In this document: positions 47,612 through 56,751 of the stretch, one piece after another
Layout of the letters: every line of letters starts with the position of its first letter
How positions within the stretch are numbered: the stretch's first letter is position 1
Assembly (NCBI GenBank): GCA_050179755.1
Contig: JBFXEV010000001.1
Span: forward strand, 265,994 to 329,993
Origin: Candidatus Babeliales bacterium
Lineage (GTDB): Bacteria; Babelota; Babeliae; Babelales; JBFXEV01
Reading direction: 5' to 3'
DNA: 64,000 nucleotides
The notes under the pieces: model-generated
Told to the model about the DNA's origin: nothing
Database searches by the model: none
Seen by the model: the letters and a program-made list of their open reading frames with translations, nothing else
Program-made: the position numbers and the translations under genes

Positions 47612-48157
47612 ATGGAACACTTGAAAAAAAGCCTTGCATTATTAATGATGGTGAGCTTCGTTTTCGCTGGCAATGTAATAAAAGCAGATGATGAAGAATG
47701 TGGAAATGAATTAGTTGGTGGCGTAATAGTTGTTAAAGAATTGGTAGGTGCTTGGGTAGTTAATGCAACTACTCTTGTGGAAACAGGAACTGTTGAAACT
47801 GAAGTGCATGCCCTTGGCAACTTTAACTTTATGGTTGATGGAAACTACGTTTCATTCTTAACACCGGCAGCACCAGAAGCAGCCCCTGCGTTTGCCACAC
47901 TCGTAGAAGGCTTAACAGCTGGTAGCGGCGTATGGCATGATGCTGGTCATCATAAATACAAAGGTACAGATGTTCGTTCTGGCTCAAATGCACGCGTAAA
48001 AAATGAAGTAAGAATTCAAATAAGCAAATGTGGCAATAGATTCACTGGCACAATTAATTCTACTTATTACCCATCTGATGCTTTAGAATTTAAGAATGCA
48101 TTACCTTGGTCTCCTGTAAAATGGAAAATTGAAGGTGCACGCGTTCAATCTAAGTAA
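47612..48157 (+). CDS. Hypothetical secreted beta-rich protein
   Basis: AAGGA RBS, signal peptide, LVGAW motif, own promoter-like region and terminator. Confidence 0.72.
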   Translation: MEHLKKSLALLMMVSFVFAGNVIKADDEECGNELVGGVIVVKELVGAWVVNATTLVETGTVETEVHALGNFNFMVDGNYVSFLTPAAPEAAPAFATLVEGLTAGSGVWHDAGHHKYKGTDVRSGSNARVKNEVRIQISKCGNRFTGTINSTYYPSDALEFKNALPWSPVKWKIEGARVQSK

Positions 48158-48196
48158 CAAATAATAACAAACGTTAAGAATTGTTAAGAAAATATG

Positions 48197-48232
48197 AAAA
48201 TAGGCGCAAGGTTTACTCCGTGCGCCTATTTT
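48197..48232 (+). terminator. Rho-independent terminator
   Basis: aaaataggcgca / tgcgcctatttt. Confidence 0.75.
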
Positions 48233-48268
48233 ATTGACCAGTTGTTCCTGCCTTGCTATCCTTAACAC

Positions 48269-50734
48269 ATGGATAAAAGATACGAACATTTGATTGCCCA
48301 AAAAGCTGCTCAGCAAAAATGGGAATCAGAAAACACTTATAGCTGTGAAAATAACCCAGGGCCACTCTATAGCATAGATACGCCACCACCCACCGTTTCG
48401 GGCTCTCTCCATATTGGTCACATATTCTCCTATACACAAACTGATATGCTTGCCCGTTACCAACGCATGAGCGGTAAATCTGTATTCTATCCGTTTGGTT
48501 TTGATGATAACGGCCTGCCTACCGAAAAATATGTGGAGCAAAAATTAGGAGTGCGTGCTCACGAGTTGGGGCGATCAGCATTTATTAAGCTTTGCCTTAC
48601 CGAAACTAAACTTGCGGGCGAACAATTTAAAAGCTTATGGCAACGAATTGGCCTTTCGTGCGATTGGAATCAGGTTTATTCCACAATTTCTGACGACGTA
48701 CGTAAAATTTCACAAGAATCATTTATTAGACTTTTCAAGCAAGGCTCAATTTACCGCAAGTACGAACCGGCGCTTTACTGCACTACGTGTAGAACGTCAG
48801 TGGCGCAAGCCGAGCTTGACGATCTTGAAATGCCTTCTACTTTTAATACCATTATTTTTAAAGCTCAAGATGGCTCTGATCTTAAAGTAGCTACAACGCG
48901 ACCTGAGTTATTGCCCTCATGCGTTGCACTCTTTTATCATCCTGACGATAAACGCTATCAAAAATTACAAGGCACTAAGGCGATAGTTCCGGTATTTGGA
49001 TTTGAAGTCCCTATTTTGCCTGATACTTCAGTTGCGATTGATAAAGGCACAGGCCTTGTAATGTGTTGCACGTTTGGTGATAAAACTGACATTCATTGGT
49101 TTAAACTCCATAAATTGCCATATAAACAATCCATTGGCCTTGATGGTAAATTAACCGAAAGTTCTGGGATTCTTGCAGGATTAAAAGTTAAAGATGCGCG
49201 TGAACGTATTTTAGAAGAGCTCAAAAGCCAAGGTTTACTTGCTGAACAAAAACAAATTACACATTCGGTTAATGTGCATGAACGTTGCAAAAAAGAAATT
49301 GAATATGTAATGCTTTCTCAGTGGTTCTTGAATATATTAGATCATAAACAAAAATTCCTTGATTTTGGCAATCAAATTGAATGGTATCCTGCCTTTATGC
49401 AAACCCGCTACCGTGATTGGGTTGAAAATTTAAGCTGGGATTGGTGTTTATCACGCCAACGCTTTTTTGGTATACCGTTCCCGGTGTGGCATTGCGCTGA
49501 TTGCAATGAAATTATTGTTGCAGATATCAATCAGTTACCAGTTGATCCGCAAGAAGCTAAAGCGCCAACGGCATGCACAAAATGTAAAAGTACAAAGTTA
49601 ACGCCCGATACAGACGTTATGGATACGTGGAACACTTCATCTATAACTCCCTATATTTGTTATGGATTATTCGATCGTACAGCAAAATCTGTATTTGAAG
49701 CTCCAGGAAGAAAACAATTTTTGCCTATGAGCATGCGCGCACAAGCACATGATATTATACGCACGTGGGCATTCTATACTATTATTAAATCAGCACTCCA
49801 CGATAACGATATACCATGGGAAAGCACCGTAATCTCTGGCCACGTATTAAGCGATGCTCAAGAAAAACTTTCAAAATCAAAAAGTAATGCAAAGCTTTCT
49901 CCTGAAAAGTTACTCGAAGACTATCCTGCTGATGCAATACGCTATTGGACTGCATCAGGAAGCCTTGGCCAAGACGTAGCATTTTCTGAAAGCCAAATAA
50001 AAATTGGCATACGATTGATGACTAAGCTTTGGAATGCGTTCTGGTTTACGCGTGAGCATACGGCTCAGGTTAAAAATTTGCAAGATGCGCCCAAAAATCT
50101 TGGTATGTTAAATGAATGGATCTTACATCAAGCCACTAAAACGTTTACCGATTACACCAAATATCTTGATAAGAATGAAATGAGTATTGCCCTGCAACAC
50201 GCAGAACAGTTCTTTTGGAATGATTTTTGTGATAATTACTTGGAGCTTGTGAAAGATCAGTTATTTAACCCAGATAAATATCCACACGAACAAATCACTG
50301 CAACACGTTGGACACTTGGTATTGTTGGATTACGCATATTACAATTATTTGCGCCCTATTTACCATTTATCACCGAAGCGATTTATGAAATTGTGTATGA
50401 GCCACTATTAAAAACAAAATCGCTCCATCAAACTCGTTTTGCAAACGCACAAACACCCTATACGTTTGAAGCAAGTTCTACTGTAATGGCGGACGTACTC
50501 ACGATTATTGGCGCTGTGCGTAAACTAAAATCTGAGCAGCAGCTATCGCTCAAAACTGAATTACGAGAATTAAAAATTGTGGGTGCTGATACTGCGCGAA
50601 CAAACGCGCTGAAAGAGCACGTGCAACTTATTAAAGGCGTTACACAAGCACAGGATATTGTGTTTAGTGCAGAACCAACTGAAACAAAACTTATTCAACA
50701 TGGTGAAGCTGTGAGTGCGATTGTTGCCTTATGA
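48269..50734 (+). CDS. valS: Valine--tRNA ligase (type 2, short form)
   Basis: DTPPPTVSGSLHIGH, FDDNGLPTE, WCLSRQRFFG, DVMDTW, KLSKS. Confidence 0.95.
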   Translation: MDKRYEHLIAQKAAQQKWESENTYSCENNPGPLYSIDTPPPTVSGSLHIGHIFSYTQTDMLARYQRMSGKSVFYPFGFDDNGLPTEKYVEQKLGVRAHELGRSAFIKLCLTETKLAGEQFKSLWQRIGLSCDWNQVYSTISDDVRKISQESFIRLFKQGSIYRKYEPALYCTTCRTSVAQAELDDLEMPSTFNTIIFKAQDGSDLKVATTRPELLPSCVALFYHPDDKRYQKLQGTKAIVPVFGFEVPILPDTSVAIDKGTGLVMCCTFGDKTDIHWFKLHKLPYKQSIGLDGKLTESSGILAGLKVKDARERILEELKSQGLLAEQKQITHSVNVHERCKKEIEYVMLSQWFLNILDHKQKFLDFGNQIEWYPAFMQTRYRDWVENLSWDWCLSRQRFFGIPFPVWHCADCNEIIVADINQLPVDPQEAKAPTACTKCKSTKLTPDTDVMDTWNTSSITPYICYGLFDRTAKSVFEAPGRKQFLPMSMRAQAHDIIRTWAFYTIIKSALHDNDIPWESTVISGHVLSDAQEKLSKSKSNAKLSPEKLLEDYPADAIRYWTASGSLGQDVAFSESQIKIGIRLMTKLWNAFWFTREHTAQVKNLQDAPKNLGMLNEWILHQATKTFTDYTKYLDKNEMSIALQHAEQFFWNDFCDNYLELVKDQLFNPDKYPHEQITATRWTLGIVGLRILQLFAPYLPFITEAIYEIVYEPLLKTKSLHQTRFANAQTPYTFEASSTVMADVLTIIGAVRKLKSEQQLSLKTELRELKIVGADTARTNALKEHVQLIKGVTQAQDIVFSAEPTETKLIQHGEAVSAIVAL

Positions 50735-51177
50735 TTTTAATCGAAAATAGTCAAACCGCGATTCCTATCAATACGCAAGAAATTGAGCGCATTGCACAAA
50801 TCCTTTTAAATGCACTTAATTATACTGATTATGATCTTGGTATCCTCATCACTACAAATGAAGAAATGCATGACTATAATAAAGATTATCGCGGTCAAGA
50901 TAAACCTACCGATATTCTTTCATTTCCGTATCACCCTGATCTAAGAGCAGGAGAGCGTATTAACACTCAAACTCAAGATGACAAAAACTTAGGTGATATA
51001 ATTCTTGCACCACAGTATATTATGGACGATTTAGAGCGCTGGGAACAATCTTTTGAGACGCGTATGAAGGTGTTGCTCGTTCATGGCATATGCCATTTAC
51101 TTGGCTATGATCACATTGAAGATGCCGACTATGAGATCATGAAACAAAAAGAAGAAGAATTGTTGGCACTCCTATAA
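50731..51177 (+). CDS. ybeY: rRNA maturation endoribonuclease YbeY
   Basis: DKPTDILSF, LGDI, HGICHLLGYDH. Confidence 0.95.
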   Translation: MILIENSQTAIPINTQEIERIAQILLNALNYTDYDLGILITTNEEMHDYNKDYRGQDKPTDILSFPYHPDLRAGERINTQTQDDKNLGDIILAPQYIMDDLERWEQSFETRMKVLLVHGICHLLGYDHIEDADYEIMKQKEEELLALL

Positions 51178-51253
51178 CCCCTTTTGACATATTAAAATTT
51201 TTGGTTCACCCTTTTTATTAATGAAGTTAATTTTTTAAAAAAAAAGGGTTGCA

Positions 51254-53752
51254 ATGCATACAGTACAGAATTATAAAGCACTTATATTTCTTTCCACCTT
51301 TCTATCAATTTCAGCAGCCCCACCGTCTACCACACTTGAAAATACTACCTGCTTGCCATCTTTTGCCTGCAATAACCTTAAGGCTCGTAAAATAATAGGT
51401 GATACCATCACGGCAAACGAGCAATTAACGGTGCAAGGCACCTTAGACTTGCGCAATGTTCATACCGTTACGCAACCACAATCATGCACTGACGAATGCC
51501 ATATACCCCAACAGCCGATCATTCATAAAAGTGCACAAAGAGCTGGTTGCCCAAACCTAGTATGCGCAGATATTATAAAAGCAAACACCATTACGGCAAA
51601 TACAATTATTGCGCGTGATCGGTTGATTGTTCAAAACACATTAGATTTAAGCGGGGTTACCAATATTATTGCACCCGAAACATGCTTTACCTGCAACAGT
51701 ATTCCGTGCATTGACAGCAACGCTTGCTATGTATTCCAACAATTATGCCAACCCATTGATTCAATAACAGGTTGCGCTGCAAGTAGCCAAGCTGTCATTG
51801 ACCTGCGAAATCAATATAGTAATGCAATTCTTGCCATCTCTCCCCAACAGAGTGCGCTCCAATTTTTCACTACCGGCTCCGGCCAATTCATAGTACCACC
51901 ATCTGGTGACATGACGGAAATTGCTCAGTGGCAACAATGGACTCCTGATGCAGTGGCTCAGCAAGTGGCATTAAGTGAAGCGACGCGCCAAGCACTTATC
52001 AATGTAAACATACCTAATATGTTTGAACAAGAGCGCCAAGAACTAATCTCACTTGGTTTTAATTATATTTGGTGGCTTGCAGACCCACGCAGAATGCAAC
52101 ATTCTGCAGCAACGGTGGTAAGCAGCTCGTTTGACAGTATGGGCGGTGCATTTGGAATCTTTTTTAACTTAACAGGCGTCAATCAGTTCTCGCCAGTGTT
52201 TGGTCTTGATTTGACTATTCTATCATGGAATAATTACGCAGAATCTTTGCGTCAGTTCACTGAGTACTTGGAACTTGGACTTGCAAACAATATTGTGTAT
52301 TCAACCGTTGATCTTGAAAATGTGCGGTCTCTTTATGCGCAAAGCACTGAAGAACCAACGCCAATTGTTGATACGATTGCGTTTGAACCATTTTTAATGG
52401 GCACGCCAGAGCAACAAGCTGCTGGTATTGCAGCATTTCAAAACGTGCGTGATGCAACGGCTCCAATTCTTGACCTGCTTGCAGTTGGTGGCGCCTATGA
52501 TACAGCAGTGCAAACTATTCGTAATCCACTTATTGCGCCCGGGCTTTCAGCACCACTTATGCCAGATGAAGTTAAGTTAGTGCAATATCCTTTTGCATTG
52601 AACGTTATAGCAAATACTACGCAAACTCCCGCTCAAATTCAGCAAACTGGCTTTGAACAAGTAGCACTCATTGAGGCGCAAATTGTTGAAGTGGTGCAAA
52701 ATTTTATTGATCCAACGGTAACAGATTGGGATAATTTTATTAATCGCTATCGGTTTGATCCAGCATTTAGAGCGCAGTTTGTCATTGATGTAACGGTGCA
52801 GGAATATTTGGATGAACTTGAAAAAAATGTCTATGATGCGTGGTCAACCGCAATTAAAGCATTTGATCATTTTCCTAGTGCTCCAGTGGAAGTGCAATTG
52901 TTCCCAGGCTTTGGTGCAGCATTCTATACGCCACCCACCATACAGCAAGATGGTACTGCATCAGTAGTACTCACGAACGGTATTTATAATTCACCATCAC
53001 TTTCTGATACCAATCCAATCGACTATAATGAAATTATTACTGTTGATAGATCATTTGACTCTTCTACGGTATTTCATGAAACGATTCCTGGGCATCATTT
53101 ACAAATAGCTATGCTGGTTGAGCTTGCATGCCAACTGGCCACACCATTCAATAATGGTGCATTTGAAGGTTGGGCAGTCTATGCAGAACAAGTTGCAGCC
53201 AACGATATGATGCTGGCACTTCCTGATCAGGAACCATTTAAGCGTCTTGATTTCTTGAGCGCACGATTATTCAGAGCAGCACGCTTGGTTGTTGATACAG
53301 GACTTCATGAATTTGAAATGAGCAGACCAGAAGCAATAGATTATTTCTTCTTTAACTCTCTTGAAGTAGTACCATTTATTGAATCTGAAGTTGATCGTTA
53401 TATAACGTGGCCAGGTCAAGCAGTAGGCTATTTAATAGGCGCTTTAGATCTTGAAAATGAACGTATGCGCGCACAAACTGAACTTGGACCGCTCTTTAAT
53501 TTGCGTGAATGGCATGACGTGTTAATTAGATATTTGGCACCGGTAGAATTACTTATTACACAACTGACAGATTTTTATATCAGCAGAAAAGAAGCTGGCA
53601 CCTTTGCACTCGTATGGCCGCCTATAATTCCACAACCAAGAAGAAGTCCGCTGCTTAATATTACCACGTTACCAGCGTTAAATATAAAAGGTGTGAATAT
53701 AGACAAACTGTTGTCACAACATCCACTTAGATTATTTACGTATCCTGCATAA
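51254..53752 (+). CDS. Secreted DUF885-family protein (putative metallopeptidase) with N-terminal Cys-rich repeats
   Basis: HETIPGHHLQ, EGWAVYAE, RAARLVVDTGLH, EVDRYITWPGQA. Confidence 0.85.
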   Translation: MHTVQNYKALIFLSTFLSISAAPPSTTLENTTCLPSFACNNLKARKIIGDTITANEQLTVQGTLDLRNVHTVTQPQSCTDECHIPQQPIIHKSAQRAGCPNLVCADIIKANTITANTIIARDRLIVQNTLDLSGVTNIIAPETCFTCNSIPCIDSNACYVFQQLCQPIDSITGCAASSQAVIDLRNQYSNAILAISPQQSALQFFTTGSGQFIVPPSGDMTEIAQWQQWTPDAVAQQVALSEATRQALINVNIPNMFEQERQELISLGFNYIWWLADPRRMQHSAATVVSSSFDSMGGAFGIFFNLTGVNQFSPVFGLDLTILSWNNYAESLRQFTEYLELGLANNIVYSTVDLENVRSLYAQSTEEPTPIVDTIAFEPFLMGTPEQQAAGIAAFQNVRDATAPILDLLAVGGAYDTAVQTIRNPLIAPGLSAPLMPDEVKLVQYPFALNVIANTTQTPAQIQQTGFEQVALIEAQIVEVVQNFIDPTVTDWDNFINRYRFDPAFRAQFVIDVTVQEYLDELEKNVYDAWSTAIKAFDHFPSAPVEVQLFPGFGAAFYTPPTIQQDGTASVVLTNGIYNSPSLSDTNPIDYNEIITVDRSFDSSTVFHETIPGHHLQIAMLVELACQLATPFNNGAFEGWAVYAEQVAANDMMLALPDQEPFKRLDFLSARLFRAARLVVDTGLHEFEMSRPEAIDYFFFNSLEVVPFIESEVDRYITWPGQAVGYLIGALDLENERMRAQTELGPLFNLREWHDVLIRYLAPVELLITQLTDFYISRKEAGTFALVWPPIIPQPRRSPLLNITTLPALNIKGVNIDKLLSQHPLRLFTYPA

Positions 53753-53758
53753 ATTTAT

Positions 53759-53794
53759 AAAGCACAGAAGCTGTTGGCTAGCTTCTGTGCTTTT
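53759..53794. terminator. Bidirectional terminator
   Basis: aaagcacagaagct / agcttctgtgcttt. Confidence 0.8.
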
Positions 53795-53872
53795 ACTTGT
53801 TACCGCATAAACAAAATTAAGAACATTTAATTTACCCAACAATTTGTGCTTCCTCCTCCGGCGGACAGGCTA

Positions 53873-54577
53873 CTAAGCATTGTCGCTTGTAAATTGTCCT
53901 TCATAAGCAAATGTTTCCACCGGCTTTCTTGTGGATGGCGTTTCCCGTGCACGCATTTCCTCCGGTAAATTTTCAATAGCGCCAGGTTTTCCTAATGCCA
54001 CCATTGCTTCTACCGTATAACCATCCGGTATATTGAGCACTTCTTTTGCTTTTGCATAATCAAAACCACCCATGCCATGTGCAATCAGCCCCATGCTTGC
54101 AGCTTGGAGTGCCAGATTTTGCCATGCAGCACCCGTATCAAATGAATGCGTGCGATTTGGCCGCTGTGAATCCGTTACATCTTTAGAAAGAATAACCATT
54201 AATACTGCAGCATTATGTGACCATTTCTTGTTAAAATCCACGAGCAAATTAAAAAACGTATCCCACGCAGGCGTGCCTCGCTTGGCATACACAAAACGCC
54301 ATGGCTGATTGTTGCTTGACGATGGCGCCCAACGTGCAGCTTCAAATAACTGCATTAGTTCTTGATCAGAAAGTAATTCGCCTGAAAATGCGCGCGGTGA
54401 CCAACGATGCAACAGTAATGATTCAATGGGGTAAGCACATTGCCGCTCAGTAATGCGCAAGGCACTTGGAGCATTTTCAAGAACTTGTTCTTTGTCTTCT
54501 TGCATCTTACCGCATCCGGTAAGCAAAGATACTGAAACTGCACTTATACAAAGCATGTGTACTATTTTTTTAGACAT
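53873..54577 (-). CDS. Nitroreductase family lipoprotein
   Basis: Lipobox LLTGC; RWSPRAF, AARWAPSSSNNQPWRF, HGMGGFD. Confidence 0.9.
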   Translation of the reverse strand: MSKKIVHMLCISAVSVSLLTGCGKMQEDKEQVLENAPSALRITERQCAYPIESLLLHRWSPRAFSGELLSDQELMQLFEAARWAPSSSNNQPWRFVYAKRGTPAWDTFFNLLVDFNKKWSHNAAVLMVILSKDVTDSQRPNRTHSFDTGAAWQNLALQAASMGLIAHGMGGFDYAKAKEVLNIPDGYTVEAMVALGKPGAIENLPEEMRARETPSTRKPVETFAYEGQFTSDNA

Positions 54578-54655
54578 TCTTTTTTTTCCTTACAGCAAAT
54601 CCATGTTCAAATACTTAGAAAGTGTAACAGTAAGCAAAAAAATATACGAGTATCG

Positions 54656-55228
54656 TTAACTTGAGAACGTTCCTTCAAAAACGAATGACTCAATTGGCTG
54701 TCTATCCGATGGCTCTTCACGCTCTTGCAACTTTTTAGGCAAGTCTTTAACATTACCTGGTTTGCCAATCGCACACATAGCTTCTAAAGAATAGCCCTCA
54801 GGAATATGCAAATCCTTCGTTGCTTTTGCATAATCAAAACCTTCCATGCCATGAGCAACCAACCCCATAGAAAATGCTTGTAATGCCAAATTTTGCCACG
54901 CAGCGCCGGTACAAAATGAATGTGTACGGATGTTATATCCTTCTTTTGTTTTTTCTTGCGAAATCATAATTATAAGTACTGCAGCATTTTTTGCCCATAT
55001 TTTATTTTCATCAACAAGCAAATTATACAAAGTATCCCATGCTTGCGTATCTCGCTTTGCATATATAAATCGCCATGGTTGATTATTATATGATGATGGC
55101 GCCCAACGTGCAGCCTCAAACAATGTCATAAGATCTTGATCAGAAATTGTTTCGCCGGATAGTGCACGCGGCGACCAACGTTTGAGAATTAACGGTAATA
55201 CAGGATATGGTGATGTGCGCTGCTTCAT
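54656..55228 (-). CDS. Nitroreductase family protein (cytoplasmic)
   Basis: RWSPRAL, AARWAPSSYNNQPWRF, HGMEGFD. Confidence 0.92.
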   Translation of the reverse strand: MKQRTSPYPVLPLILKRWSPRALSGETISDQDLMTLFEAARWAPSSYNNQPWRFIYAKRDTQAWDTLYNLLVDENKIWAKNAAVLIIMISQEKTKEGYNIRTHSFCTGAAWQNLALQAFSMGLVAHGMEGFDYAKATKDLHIPEGYSLEAMCAIGKPGNVKDLPKKLQEREEPSDRQPIESFVFEGTFSS

Positions 55229-55328
55229 GAAATACTCCTCTGAAATATTTTCTTTAAAATTAACGCTTGTAACTCTGCTCTAAATGAAGTATAACTAATT
55301 ACAACACAAAATACATCAAAGGATCAGC

Positions 55329-56051
55329 ATGCACTCTCTACTTCTTCTTGCAATCATTCTTCCTCTCTCATGTTTTTGTTCTACTGTACAGCCCCCCACA
55401 CTAACACAAGCACCAACTATTATTATACATACTTCTGCAGACGCGGTCAGTCATCTGGCCAATGTAAATAAATTACACGTAATTCAAGAATCACATTCCA
55501 CCAATATACAACACCTATTTGCTCAGGCACGTGATACATCACAAGAATATGCATACGGTATACTCAGTTGGGTCAATCAGCATAAAATTAAAACTGCTTG
55601 CTATGGCGCACTGCTTGGTTATGGCTATATCTGGTATAAGTTAGCCTCTCTAAATTATGCTTTAATGCAGGCCACTAACTGGTCAAAATGGCGTGAAACG
55701 CTTTCACTTGAAGAATTGCTGGCAAAGCCGCAACAAGAAATTGCAAAAGACTTATTAACTGCTATTCAAAAGCAGTATACTACTCCAGAACAATTTGATG
55801 ATCTTTTAAGCCCGTTGATTGCTTTTGTGCGTGATGTAGATACAGAACTACAAGAATTGCGACAATTAGTACATCTGCATACGTGGATTGATCGGTTGCA
55901 TATTGCGTTTTTGTTTCCCAAACAATCAAGTTTACTTGCGCAGGCACACGACAATATAAACCGCTTAACCTATTTAAAAAATGTATTGCTTAATTGGATG
56001 AGTCAGCACAAGGTTGCTCGTCTGAACTCGGTGACGACCCCCTTGTTATAG
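55329..56051 (+). CDS. Hypothetical protein (signal peptide plus internal TM)
   Basis: Long ORF with AAGGA RBS and hydrophobic N-terminus. Confidence 0.7.
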   Translation: MHSLLLLAIILPLSCFCSTVQPPTLTQAPTIIIHTSADAVSHLANVNKLHVIQESHSTNIQHLFAQARDTSQEYAYGILSWVNQHKIKTACYGALLGYGYIWYKLASLNYALMQATNWSKWRETLSLEELLAKPQQEIAKDLLTAIQKQYTTPEQFDDLLSPLIAFVRDVDTELQELRQLVHLHTWIDRLHIAFLFPKQSSLLAQAHDNINRLTYLKNVLLNWMSQHKVARLNSVTTPLL

Positions 56052-56658
56052 ATTCACCTGAAGAACTATCAACACCTTCAAGAGAAAGTAATCTTGCCAA
56101 ATTAGTTGGCGGTGGCTCGAAGCTCACTAATAATGCAGCAAACTCCTTAGAGCCTGCTTCTTGCGGGCCTACATCCGGAAGACTCTCACGCGTTATTGGA
56201 GCCACTGTGATAACTGAATTATCATGTTTTACTACAAATGTTGTATCTTCTTTAGGATGCGCAAAGCAGTTTTGTGCTAATGTCTGACTATCGTGAACAT
56301 CTTTAATCAGTAACATATGAGTCACTGCTGGAAATTGAGGCGGCAAAACCGCAATAATTCCTTTATTGGTGCACGGAATATACACTTTACGCTCTTGCCC
56401 ACTATGTTCCTGGGCAGTATCTATGTGCGCAAACACCGGTTGCTTCAAAATATTAACTACCGTAATAAGTCTGGAAGTTCCAGCGCCGCTCTTTGCACAA
56501 TCAGCATGCGCTTGCACCAATGCAACTACGCGCTCATGCAACTCTTGAGCTAGTGCCGCTAATTTTTCACCTTCTGAAAGATCACCTTCCATGGCCACAA
56601 GTGAACCAAAAGACAACAAGAAAATGTAGTAAATAGATCTTTGCATTGCATCCCCCAT
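55990..56658 (-). CDS. Hypothetical secreted protein with Ser-rich tail
   Basis: Signal LVA|ME; 3' end overlaps the convergent gene. Confidence 0.68.
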   Translation of the reverse strand: MGDAMQRSIYYIFLLSFGSLVAMEGDLSEGEKLAALAQELHERVVALVQAHADCAKSGAGTSRLITVVNILKQPVFAHIDTAQEHSGQERKVYIPCTNKGIIAVLPPQFPAVTHMLLIKDVHDSQTLAQNCFAHPKEDTTFVVKHDNSVITVAPITRESLPDVGPQEAGSKEFAALLVSFEPPPTNLARLLSLEGVDSSSGESITRGSSPSSDEQPCADSSN

Positions 56659-56751
56659 ATAATTTGCTACTAATTTTATATTAGCAAATATTTAGAGAGA
56701 AACTCAATGTTCTAAGAATATGTGTCTTAAATTTGCTTACATATAGGGTTT

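Noticed and set aside
49862..49885. KLSKS instead of KMSKS in ValRS as a sign of inactivation
   Set aside because: Conservative variant; all other motifs and the ORF are intact.
55990..56051. 62-bp convergent 3' overlap as an antisense system
   Set aside because: Tail overlaps are common in compact genomes and the overlapped tails are low-complexity.
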